Virus record (IMG/VR): IMGVR_UViG_3300046820_002137 | Coordinates: 1 to 64,000 of that record | Length of the DNA stretch: 64,000 nt | Reading direction: 5' to 3' (one strand) | Source: a virus | Shown: one piece after another, positions 1 through 7,757 of the stretch | Layout: the number at the start of each line of letters is the position of its first letter | Numbering within the stretch: position 1 is the stretch's first letter | Notes under the pieces: model-generated | What the model was told of the DNA's origin: nothing | Seen by the model: the letters and a program-made list of their open reading frames with translations, nothing else | The model's database searches: none | Made by a program: the position numbers and the translations under genes

Positions 1-603
1 GTCCATTTGTTTTGCCGCGTCTTTAAATAATTTTATATAATCTTCAACTCCCTTAACCAAACCAGGACCAACACCAGGAACTTTTTTAACTCCTCTAGCA
101 AGAGGTTCCAATACTTTTGGAGCCCATGTATTAACTTTAGTAAGTAACCCAGCCAAAGGTCCTCCTTGTTTTGCAATTTCTGCCATTTTTGTGGCGTCTC
201 CGGCTAAAGATGCGGCTTTGAACGCTTTAGCGGATGAACCTCCTAGTTTAAATAACCCAACTACAGGTTTAGCTATTAAATCACCAACATAAGGTATCAC
301 TGAAATCCATGATAGAACCGCAAAAAGTTTATCACCTTGTCTCCAATAACTAATACCATTAATTAAATCAACGACACCTGTAGGGTCAAATATACCTACA
401 ATATCCCCAACTGTATTATACCATTTAGATTCTGTGATAAGTCTAGATTTTTCAGGATAGATTTGTTTTAACATTTCTAAAACAATTCTTTTTTCTTTAC
501 CTGATAATGTATCCCATTTTTCTTGGATTATTTTAATTCTTTCCTCATTATAAATCTCATCAATTTTTTTCTCAAGATTTGGGTCAAACGTTATTTTATT
601 CAT
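1..603 (-). CDS. Partial protein (runs off window) with pre-toxin TG-like hydrophobic hairpin; probable virion-packaged protein
   Basis: Not in ORF track; read manually from ATG at 603: MNKITFDPNLEKKLMEIYNEE...LITESKWYNTVGDIVGIFDPTGVVDLINGISYWRQGDKLFAVLSWISVIPYVGDLIAKPV..., open to position 1. Confidence 0.75.
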   Translation of the reverse strand, partial: MNKITFDPNLEKKIDEIYNEERIKIIQEKWDTLSGKEKRIVLEMLKQIYPEKSRLITESKWYNTVGDIVGIFDPTGVVDLINGISYWRQGDKLFAVLSWISVIPYVGDLIAKPVVGLFKLGGSSAKAFKAASLAGDATKMAEIAKQGGPLAGLLTKVNTWAPKVLEPLARGVKKVPGVGPGLVKGVEDYIKLFKDAAKQMD

Positions 604-637
604 GATAATTTTTATTTAATAAATATTTCATAAAACT

Positions 638-664
638 AAAAATGGGGATTTCTCCCCATTTTTT
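638..664. terminator. Intrinsic terminator, probably bidirectional
   Basis: AAAAATGGGGA-tttc-TCCCCATTTTT hairpin with A and T tails, just downstream of the 693..1235 gene. Confidence 0.8.
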
Positions 665-692
665 ATTTTATACGTTTCATATAAAAATTAGA

Positions 693-1235
693 TTACGCTA
701 AAGTACCTGGTGTTCTCGCAGAAGAGACCGGAGCTTGTTGTACTGGTGCTTGTTGTGTTGGTGCTGCCGTAGGCGCCGCAGTTGCTGGTCCTTTTTCAGG
801 GTCAGGTAATTTTGACGCGATTATTGCATCCAATTCTTTTTCTATACTAGGTAAAAGCGGTAATACTTTGTCTATCGAGGTTGTAATCATATTTACTTGT
901 CCTTTATAAACAGGTATAGCCGCGTTTTTTGACGAAGTAGTACTAGTTTTTAAACCTGTAAAATTATTTTTAAAATTATCAATTTGGCCCTTCATCCATT
1001 TGGCCCAAGATTGTAATTTTTGATGATTCGCGTCAATGTCAGGAGCTCTGTTAACACCTCCAGTTACAGCTTTACCTATGTTTTTACCAACATCAGCCAC
1101 TTTCTGAGCGGCTCCTTGTACTCCAGCCTTAACTCTTTGTCCTAATTGTTCATCAACATTTTCTTTTGTTTGATAGTGTTGTTCCAGTATCGCTCTTTTT
1201 TCTTCTTCAGTTAAATTATTAAATAAATTTTTCAT
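693..1235 (-). CDS. Hypothetical protein, probable virion internal protein, Ala/Pro/Gln-rich tail
   Basis: ATG at 1235 (MKNLFNNLTEEEKRAILEQH); TATTTAT motif upstream. Confidence 0.7.
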   Translation of the reverse strand: MKNLFNNLTEEEKRAILEQHYQTKENVDEQLGQRVKAGVQGAAQKVADVGKNIGKAVTGGVNRAPDIDANHQKLQSWAKWMKGQIDNFKNNFTGLKTSTTSSKNAAIPVYKGQVNMITTSIDKVLPLLPSIEKELDAIIASKLPDPEKGPATAAPTAAPTQQAPVQQAPVSSARTPGTLA

Positions 1236-1269
1236 GTTCTTTAATTTTATTATAAATATCATTTAAACT

Positions 1270-1300
1270 AAAAAAAATGGAGATTATTCATCTCCATTTT
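1270..1300 (-). terminator. Intrinsic terminator overlapping the methyltransferase stop codon
   Basis: AAAATGGAGAT-tattc-ATCTCCATTTT inverted repeat followed by a U run on the minus strand. Confidence 0.6.
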
Positions 1301-2141
1301 CAAACTCTAAAACTTGTTGACTCTTTTGGTCAACGAAGGATTGTATCCTTTCTATAGAAATCTTAGTATAATTTTCAGAAAGTTCAATGCCAATCCATCT
1401 CCTGTCTAAAGTTTCCGCAGCTACACAACTTGTTCCGCTTCCATTGAATGGGTCTAGTATTATGTCATTCTTATATGACAATATCTTAATAGCCTTGGTT
1501 GGGATGTCCATTGAAAATGTCGCTTTGGTCATTGGTCTTGAGTCGTTTAGGTATTTCCATTGTCCAAACACAAGTTCCATGAATTCCTTTTTATCCTGTT
1601 CGGTATATAACATTTTTGTCTTACCTTCTTCAGTTGTAATTGGTTCTCCCTTCCATTGTGGTTCACCTTTAACTTTCTTGATATGGTTTTTTTTGTAAGC
1701 TAATATTACACATTCTTTTGGGTTATAGATATATGGACTTGATGGACTCATCCAACTACCCCAAGCGGTTGTCTTACTTCTATGAGGACTATCCTCCTCT
1801 AAGTCAACAATACCGAAGAATTTAAATCCAATTTGTTTCATCACCTGATAGACTTCAGATACAAAAAATATTCTACCACCCTTTTCTTGTCGGTTAATCT
1901 CATAAGGAATGTTCAAAGCAATTCTTCCGTCATCTTTTAAGACTTTATAGGCTTCTGTGAGCCAATTCTTGCTGAACTCAAGATACTCATTGATTTCCAT
2001 GTCATCATCATGAGTGTCATACTTAATGTTCACGCCATATGGAGGAGATGTCACAATCAAATCGACGAATGATTCGGGCATTTCTTTCATTACCTCGATA
2101 CAATCACCATTTATTACTTTATTTATATAGTTTTCAATCAT
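1284..2141 (-). CDS. DNA methyltransferase, N4-cytosine/N6-adenine beta class
   Basis: GDC, VTSPPY catalytic motif then ILDPFNGSGTS SAM-binding motif and WIGIE; likely start MIENYINK at 2141. Confidence 0.93.
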   Translation of the reverse strand: MIENYINKVINGDCIEVMKEMPESFVDLIVTSPPYGVNIKYDTHDDDMEINEYLEFSKNWLTEAYKVLKDDGRIALNIPYEINRQEKGGRIFFVSEVYQVMKQIGFKFFGIVDLEEDSPHRSKTTAWGSWMSPSSPYIYNPKECVILAYKKNHIKKVKGEPQWKGEPITTEEGKTKMLYTEQDKKEFMELVFGQWKYLNDSRPMTKATFSMDIPTKAIKILSYKNDIILDPFNGSGTSCVAAETLDRRWIGIELSENYTKISIERIQSFVDQKSQQVLEFENGDE

Positions 2142-2271
2142 CTTGTCTATTAATAATATTTTTTCTCCACCACTTTCCAAATTTACTTTTTGGTTTATAT
2201 GATATAAACCTATCAAAGTATAGAATACTAAAAACAAGTATAGTTGAAATTAAGTAGATTTTCCAAACCAT
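2134..2271 (-). CDS. Small membrane protein (45 aa)
   Basis: Manual translation MVWKIYLISTILVFSILYFDRFISYKPKSKFGKWWRKNIINRQDD; fills the gap and overlaps the MTase start. Confidence 0.6.
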   Translation of the reverse strand: MVWKIYLISTILVFSILYFDRFISYKPKSKFGKWWRKNIINRQDD

Positions 2272-2272
2272 T

Positions 2273-2500
2273 TTATTTTTCTAAATTTTTAATTTTTCTA
2301 TCAAGATACCAAAGTGCTTTTTTGAGGTCCTGAAGTTCTTTATCTGAATCTTTTTTACCCGCTCTTGCAACATACTTAACCACATTGAATAGATAAGCGT
2401 CCATATCTAAACCCCAAGCTTCACATACTTTCACAACTTCATACGTATTTTCTTCACCGCCATAATGGTCGGGATGATTAACCATTTCTTTTTTTTCCAT
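2273..2500 (-). CDS. DUF3310-family phage protein
   Basis: VNHPDHY...NVVKYVARAGKK...DLKKALWYL signature. Confidence 0.85.
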   Translation of the reverse strand: MEKKEMVNHPDHYGGEENTYEVVKVCEAWGLDMDAYLFNVVKYVARAGKKDSDKELQDLKKALWYLDRKIKNLEK

Positions 2501-2583
2501 AACTCAATTTATCTTAATGGATTATTCAGTGTGCTCTTGGATTCATTTACACCATATGTAGCTTTAGCCTCTGATAACCCATT

Positions 2584-2772
2584 TTATTTTTGATTTTTTA
2601 CAACATAATAACCTTTACCATACTTACTTTCTTCAACTAATCCCTCATCTACCATTTCATTAATAAATTTTTCAGTGTCTTCTATTGAAATCTTTAGAAT
2701 ATGTCTTGAGATATATGTTATGTGAATTGGGAGTCTTAACTTATCCAATAAATTTTTTTTGATTGTATTCAT
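2584..2772 (-). CDS. Small hypothetical protein, possible winged helix
   Basis: ORF track; helix-helix-beta hairpin-like pattern (INEMVDEGLVEESKYGKGYY). Confidence 0.6.
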   Translation of the reverse strand: MNTIKKNLLDKLRLPIHITYISRHILKISIEDTEKFINEMVDEGLVEESKYGKGYYVVKNQK

Positions 2773-2914
2773 TTTCTAAGATTTTAAATTTATCTCTTAT
2801 TTCATTGGATTCAAAAATCATCATGTCATACTTTTTGTAGATTTCAAGTAGATTTGAGTCCAATTCTATTTCATTAATTTTGTTTTTTCCAACTATTAAT
2901 TTATTAAACCCCAT
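2741..2914 (-). CDS. Small hypothetical protein (57 aa)
   Basis: Manual translation MGFNKLIVGKNKINEIELDSNLLEIYKKYDMMIFESNEIRDKFKILENEYNQKKFIG; overlaps both neighbours. Confidence 0.6.
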   Translation of the reverse strand: MGFNKLIVGKNKINEIELDSNLLEIYKKYDMMIFESNEIRDKFKILENEYNQKKFIG

Positions 2915-3692
2915 TTTCTATAGTTTTACTTTCTTCTAATAATTTTTCAACTTTAATACTTTGATGAATTAAAGATATCACTTTTCTTTTCATTATTGGT
3001 ATCAAAGTTTCATCTAACGGAAACATTTCATGACAAACAACTTCAAATATAGGTAACTTACTCTCATTGTTCTTCTTATACGTGGGTGATGATTGTGATA
3101 TGAGTCCAATGACAGTCAGGTCAGTATTACCACTAAAAATTAACTTAGAGTCAGTTTTAAATTGGTTCTTAACACCTCTTATCTTTTTCATACTATATTT
3201 CCACACATATAAATCGTCCTTGTATTTTGTATAATAAAAACCTGTTTTACTTGATAGATTCTTCTTATTTCTTTTAACATTTGCTGTCACCGAATCATAT
3301 GCCAATGACCATAATGATTTGGCTATATTAAAATAATCAAACAACATAGGTTGACTAACTCTAATTATTTTTTGGTACTCGGCAAATTCCTCATCGTTCA
3401 AATTAGGAATATCCTTAACTTTCAAATCCTTTATAAAAATTTCATCATTATCTGTTGTTAACTTTTTATCGGTGTACAATATTTTGTTTTGTGTCAACAG
3501 TGTTTGAATATTACCCAAATGTATTGAAAGTTCTGTAAACATAGGGTAAATTCTCATTTCTTCCAAATTTCTATTCATCTTTTGGAAATATCCTAAAAGT
3601 ACATATTCTTTTTGTTCGGCATCGATTGTCCCATTAAAGAGCCAATCGGTATCCATAACAAAAGAGTTATTATTTTTAGTTTTTTTAGACAT
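2904..3692 (-). CDS. Hypothetical protein
   Basis: 262 aa ORF with TATATTTG box immediately upstream. Confidence 0.8.
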   Translation of the reverse strand: MSKKTKNNNSFVMDTDWLFNGTIDAEQKEYVLLGYFQKMNRNLEEMRIYPMFTELSIHLGNIQTLLTQNKILYTDKKLTTDNDEIFIKDLKVKDIPNLNDEEFAEYQKIIRVSQPMLFDYFNIAKSLWSLAYDSVTANVKRNKKNLSSKTGFYYTKYKDDLYVWKYSMKKIRGVKNQFKTDSKLIFSGNTDLTVIGLISQSSPTYKKNNESKLPIFEVVCHEMFPLDETLIPIMKRKVISLIHQSIKVEKLLEESKTIENGV

Positions 3693-3699
3693 CTTATCA

Positions 3700-3707
3700 C
3701 AAATATA
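3700..3707 (-). promoter_or_regulatory. Bacteroidota-type -7 box (TAnnTTTG)
   Basis: TATATTTG ends 7 nt before the ATG at 3692; upstream TTTG is only 14 nt away (shorter than consensus). Confidence 0.5.
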
Positions 3708-3733
3708 GTTGATATTGGTGACAAAAAAAAGAT

Positions 3734-5128
3734 TTACCCAATTCTCATTATATAGTAATGTTCATTATTGATATATTCCGTATCATAACTTCCGTCATAT
3801 GAAGCCAAAATCTGATACCCATCACTTTCTGCAAGTCCTTTGGCTAAAGAGTCCATATCAACATATTCACTAATATCCATACCGAATTCAGATAAAGAGC
3901 CTTTTGGGTCATTCATTTTATCTGATACCATTTCATCAATTTTTTCTTCAATCATATCCTCAGTTGGTTCCCCATTGGGTTGCATATTATCAATCTCCTC
4001 TTGTGAGCTATCAATATGACCTTTAATAATATCTATCTTTGACTGAATCTCATCATATCGTTTTCTGTACTCATCTGGGTCCTCAATCTCATCATTTAAG
4101 TTTTCTTGTTTTTGTTCTAATTTACTAATAACTCCTTCCGCCTTACTAATATATTCTTCGAGTTCCCGTTTTCTTTGTTCTTGTTCTTCTGAATCAGGTA
4201 ACTCACTTTCATCAAAATAAACGTCAATGTTACTCCTTACGTCATCATCATAAAAATCTTTGAAGAAATATTCAATTGCGTCGATATCTAAATGGTCGTC
4301 AATAAAATGGTCTCTTAAACCTTCAATACCGACCTCATCAAGGTAGTTTTTAGCGTACTCTAAGGCTGCTCTGTCCATTTCATATTCATCTCCAACTGCA
4401 AATTCTTGACCCTCTAAATCATCAATACCAATAACCTCAAACTGAGATAAACCGTAATAGCTATATTTCATTGATATTATACTATACACATCCGCCGAGT
4501 TTTGTTGTATTTCTTGAATTTTTTCCTCAACATCACTTATCTCATTCGCCAAGTCATCATCCTGACCTTCGGTTTCATTATATCTATTGGTTAAATCCTC
4601 CAAATCCGCTTTCAATCCCTCTAATTCTCCCTGTTTTTCACCTGTTATAGGTTTGATATCTCCATTACGGACCAAATGTTTAAATAAAGCTTGAGCCTTT
4701 AATCCATCATCATCTTCATTATCAATATCCCACTCATTATTTCTTCTTCTCTCATCGGCTTGATTTAGTTTTTCTTGTCGAATGGCCTCACGTCTTCTTC
4801 TATCTATCGGAGTTCCTCCATCCCATATGTAACCATTAACTTTAACGTCAGATAAATCATTAATTTTTGTGTTTCTAATATCTAATCTACCCTCAACATA
4901 TTTAACATTACCCAAAGAATCTGTTGGTGTGTCTGATAGGTCCAAATCACCGGTAATCCATATTGGTTTTCCTCCAAACATTTTGAGTTTACTAACACCT
5001 TTGCCATGATAACTTCCGAACTTCATTAGTTCTGTAAACTCCTCAGGTGAAATTTTGTAAAACTCTTCCTCACTTTGTTCTACCAATATATTCTTTACAG
5101 TATTTCTTAAACTTAGACTCTTTGACAT
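3734..5128 (-). CDS. Acidic coiled-coil protein with short LRR/beta-helix-like repeats; probable virion protein
   Basis: GDLDLSDT..SLGNVKYVEGRLDIRNTKI repeats; N-terminal ILVEQ motif; TATTTAT upstream; likely start MSKSLS at 5128. Confidence 0.7.
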   Translation of the reverse strand: MSKSLSLRNTVKNILVEQSEEEFYKISPEEFTELMKFGSYHGKGVSKLKMFGGKPIWITGDLDLSDTPTDSLGNVKYVEGRLDIRNTKINDLSDVKVNGYIWDGGTPIDRRRREAIRQEKLNQADERRRNNEWDIDNEDDDGLKAQALFKHLVRNGDIKPITGEKQGELEGLKADLEDLTNRYNETEGQDDDLANEISDVEEKIQEIQQNSADVYSIISMKYSYYGLSQFEVIGIDDLEGQEFAVGDEYEMDRAALEYAKNYLDEVGIEGLRDHFIDDHLDIDAIEYFFKDFYDDDVRSNIDVYFDESELPDSEEQEQRKRELEEYISKAEGVISKLEQKQENLNDEIEDPDEYRKRYDEIQSKIDIIKGHIDSSQEEIDNMQPNGEPTEDMIEEKIDEMVSDKMNDPKGSLSEFGMDISEYVDMDSLAKGLAESDGYQILASYDGSYDTEYINNEHYYIMRIG

Positions 5129-5219
5129 AATCATAAATATTTGTAAATTCAAATAAAATATTTACAATATACTCCAAATTTAGATATTTATGGTAAATAA
5201 ACGTTTAAAATAAAAAGAT

Positions 5220-5390
5220 ATGGGATGCGGGTGTAAAAACAAAGGTAATCAGGCTCAAGCTCAGCCTCAACCTCAGCCATTGAACCAGATTCAACCTCAG
5301 GCTCAACCACAACAAGCTCCACAACAGAGTAACAATCAAAACATTCAAGAGTCGATTAAAAAAGTTGTGGAAAAATATTACAGAAAATAA
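5220..5390 (+). CDS. Small MGCGC-motif, Gln/Pro-rich protein (56 aa)
   Basis: Manual translation MGCGCKNKGNQAQAQPQPQPLNQIQPQAQPQQAPQQSNNQNIQESIKKVVEKYYRK; TATTTAT upstream, terminator downstream. Confidence 0.8.
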   Translation: MGCGCKNKGNQAQAQPQPQPLNQIQPQAQPQQAPQQSNNQNIQESIKKVVEKYYRK

Positions 5391-5408
5391 TTTAATTTTT
5401 TGTACTTT

Positions 5409-5434
5409 AAAGGGGGTTTATAACCCCTTTTTTT
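5409..5434 (+). terminator. Intrinsic terminator
   Basis: GGGGTT-tat-AACCCC followed by a T run. Confidence 0.7.
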
Positions 5435-5490
5435 ATTTAAAGTATTTAGGATTTGAATTTTTTTGTTTATCTATTTCAAAAACATTTTAT

Positions 5491-6315
5491 ATGAAGTACA
5501 TTAATCCAAAATCGAGAAGAGGTATTGTGAATAAGTTTGCGGATTTTATTCTTTGTGAGATTCAAAAAGAAAAAAAATACAAAACAATAATTGAGATTTC
5601 AGACTTTAAAACCTTTTTGGTTGTTGCAGGAAAAACTGAGTCCAAAACTATTTTGGATTTAACTGAAATCAAGGAAAGATTTTATGAAGAAAATAAAGAG
5701 TTGATGGTTGACTTAAATTACGAAAGACTAAATGTAATTGATATAATTGAGTATGATAATATAGGATTTACTGGCACGTTTGAGTCTTATTTTGAATTTC
5801 ATAATACAATTCATCCTTATTTTCATGAAAAGGTGCTAAACTATGTATATAATCACATTGATGTTCAATATAATAGTTTAGACTTTAAAAAGGAATTAAT
5901 CTTTGATTTAGATTATGACCATTTGAATGAACCAAATTCTATGTTCAGTAGAAATTATATTTGCGTGTCGTCGGAATTCCCATATGGTTATAGTTTAGAT
6001 AATGGTAGAGCCCATCTTTATTACTCAGAATATATTTGTAACCAATTATTCTCATCCATTAAAACGGACAAAATAACTTTTAAAATTTCAGACAATAAAG
6101 ATGATAATGGTGATTTAGATATTCAAATTATCTCTAATTCACCTTATCTAACTGAAAAAATTAAATCTATGGTTTTGGATGTTTTTGATTTTAACATACA
6201 AAGATTCATTAATACCACTCTCAAGAAATATGATTTATCAAAAGAGATTGATAGTCAGTTAGAAACCAAACCATGGTTAAAAAAGGACCTAATTAACGAA
6301 TTATTTATTATCTAA
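5491..6315 (+). CDS. Divergent, probably inactive S-adenosylmethionine synthetase (MetK)-like protein
   Basis: Start MKYINPK at 5491; N- and C-terminal segments align by eye to MetK; catalytic motifs GHPDK, GAGDQG and GGGAFSGKD absent. Confidence 0.7.
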   Translation: [274 protein letters not shown]

Positions 6316-6836
6316 ACTCTTTTAGAATAAGATACGACTTGGTAAAAATCTTTTTTATCTTGACAATAATCACTAATCAAAATCAATAGATTTTTGAACA
6401 TAAAAGCGTTAGGTGTTTGTTTCTCACATCTAATGAATAATTCAATTAAAGTTGATACGAATTCAACTGAAAATTCGCCTAAATTATCTATTGTGAAATA
6501 CTTTTCACTAAAATAATCTTTATAAATTAATTGATAATTTTTTCTTTCTTCTTCATTATTAAAGGGTTCCATCTCATCATAAATCTCAATCCATTCATTA
6601 ACAAACTTACATAAATCATCAGGAGCAAATTTTGATTTGATAATTAAATCCACAATCCAATGTGTGTGAGATGGGGCTCTAAGTCGTTTGTTAGGTGCCT
6701 TATACTTAACAATAAAATCTAAATCAGGGTTCGCACCTCTCGAACCCTGATATATTACCACAATATTACCATCCTCCAATTCCCAAAAATTAATAGGTGT
6801 ATGGAGTTTACCATTTTTGTTAAAATTAAGACTCAT
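6312..6836 (-). CDS. Hypothetical protein
   Basis: 174 aa ORF coupled to the glutaredoxin gene; PSHTHWIVDL motif. Confidence 0.75.
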   Translation of the reverse strand: MSLNFNKNGKLHTPINFWELEDGNIVVIYQGSRGANPDLDFIVKYKAPNKRLRAPSHTHWIVDLIIKSKFAPDDLCKFVNEWIEIYDEMEPFNNEEERKNYQLIYKDYFSEKYFTIDNLGEFSVEFVSTLIELFIRCEKQTPNAFMFKNLLILISDYCQDKKDFYQVVSYSKRV

Positions 6837-7117
6837 TAACCAATGTGTTCTTTAATTATACTAACCGCTTTGTCCAATTCTTCATAATCTCTACCTGGCG
6901 CATACAAATGTGAAATAGGATTATTATTTGGCGATTCTATTACCATAAATGATGGTACAAAATCATTACTTGTTGCCTTAACAAACATATCATATTCATC
7001 TTTATTTTCGACTATGTCTCTATTAACAAATTCAATTTTTTCCTCTTTTAACATATTTTTGAACTGTTCACAGAAAGCACACCCTTTCATTGTAAATAAC
7101 ACAACTACCTTATCCAT
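6836..7117 (-). CDS. Glutaredoxin/thioredoxin-fold protein
   Basis: FTMKGCAFC active site and cis-Pro motif FVPSF. Confidence 0.85.
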   Translation of the reverse strand: MDKVVVLFTMKGCAFCEQFKNMLKEEKIEFVNRDIVENKDEYDMFVKATSNDFVPSFMVIESPNNNPISHLYAPGRDYEELDKAVSIIKEHIG

Positions 7118-7433
7118 TTAGTATACTATTAGCAAATTCTTTTATTTGTGATTCACCTAAAACACCTACTCTTGTAGATGATTCTTTACCGTTAGAAAAT
7201 GATTTAGTTGTTGGAATACTTCTAACTCCGTATCTTTGTGCAATTTCCCTATTTGAATCAACGTTTATGGTATAAAGAGATACTCCAAAATTTTCGTTAC
7301 GAAGTGATTGAGATACTCTTTCAAATGTTGGTTTCATCATTTTGCATGGTCCACACCAAGGGGCCCAAAATTCAACGACCATCTTTTCGCCGTTCTTTAA
7401 TTTTTGTTCAAATTGTTCTGTTGTTAATTCCAT
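7110..7433 (-). CDS. trxA: Thioredoxin
   Basis: FWAPWCGPCK and GVRSIPT motifs. Confidence 0.95.
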   Translation of the reverse strand: MELTTEQFEQKLKNGEKMVVEFWAPWCGPCKMMKPTFERVSQSLRNENFGVSLYTINVDSNREIAQRYGVRSIPTTKSFSNGKESSTRVGVLGESQIKEFANSILNG

Positions 7434-7435
7434 CT

Positions 7436-7756
7436 TTATTTTGATTTATTTAAATTGTGTATTGTGAATTCAGACACACTTTGTCTATCAATCGTGGTCA
7501 TGAATGTCACATCGGTTATAGGAGATTCTTCATCTCTTAGAATATAAATATAGATACCCATCGCATCATATTCAACTAATTTCTCTTTTATAAACACACC
7601 GTTATGTCTAAAAACGGATGAAAACCATATTGTTCTTGATTTAGAAGTTAGTTTTTCAATACGTTCATCGTTATCCATCTTTATTTGAATAAATGATGGT
7701 TCATAACCAAATGTGGCTTTGAACTTGTCGGTGCAAAATTTAGGTACTTCACTCAT
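7436..7756 (-). CDS. Hypothetical protein
   Basis: 106 aa ORF, tight packing with neighbours. Confidence 0.7.
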   Translation of the reverse strand: MSEVPKFCTDKFKATFGYEPSFIQIKMDNDERIEKLTSKSRTIWFSSVFRHNGVFIKEKLVEYDAMGIYIYILRDEESPITDVTFMTTIDRQSVSEFTIHNLNKSK

Positions 7757-7757
7757 A

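Noticed and set aside
2510-2586. Possible read-through of the 2584..2772 stop (frame stays open 24 more codons)
   Set aside because: Single TAA with a short open tail is expected by chance; no other support
5365-5490. Longer N-terminus for the MetK-like ORF
   Set aside because: Extension starts inside the upstream gene and crosses its terminator; MetK similarity begins at the ATG at 5491
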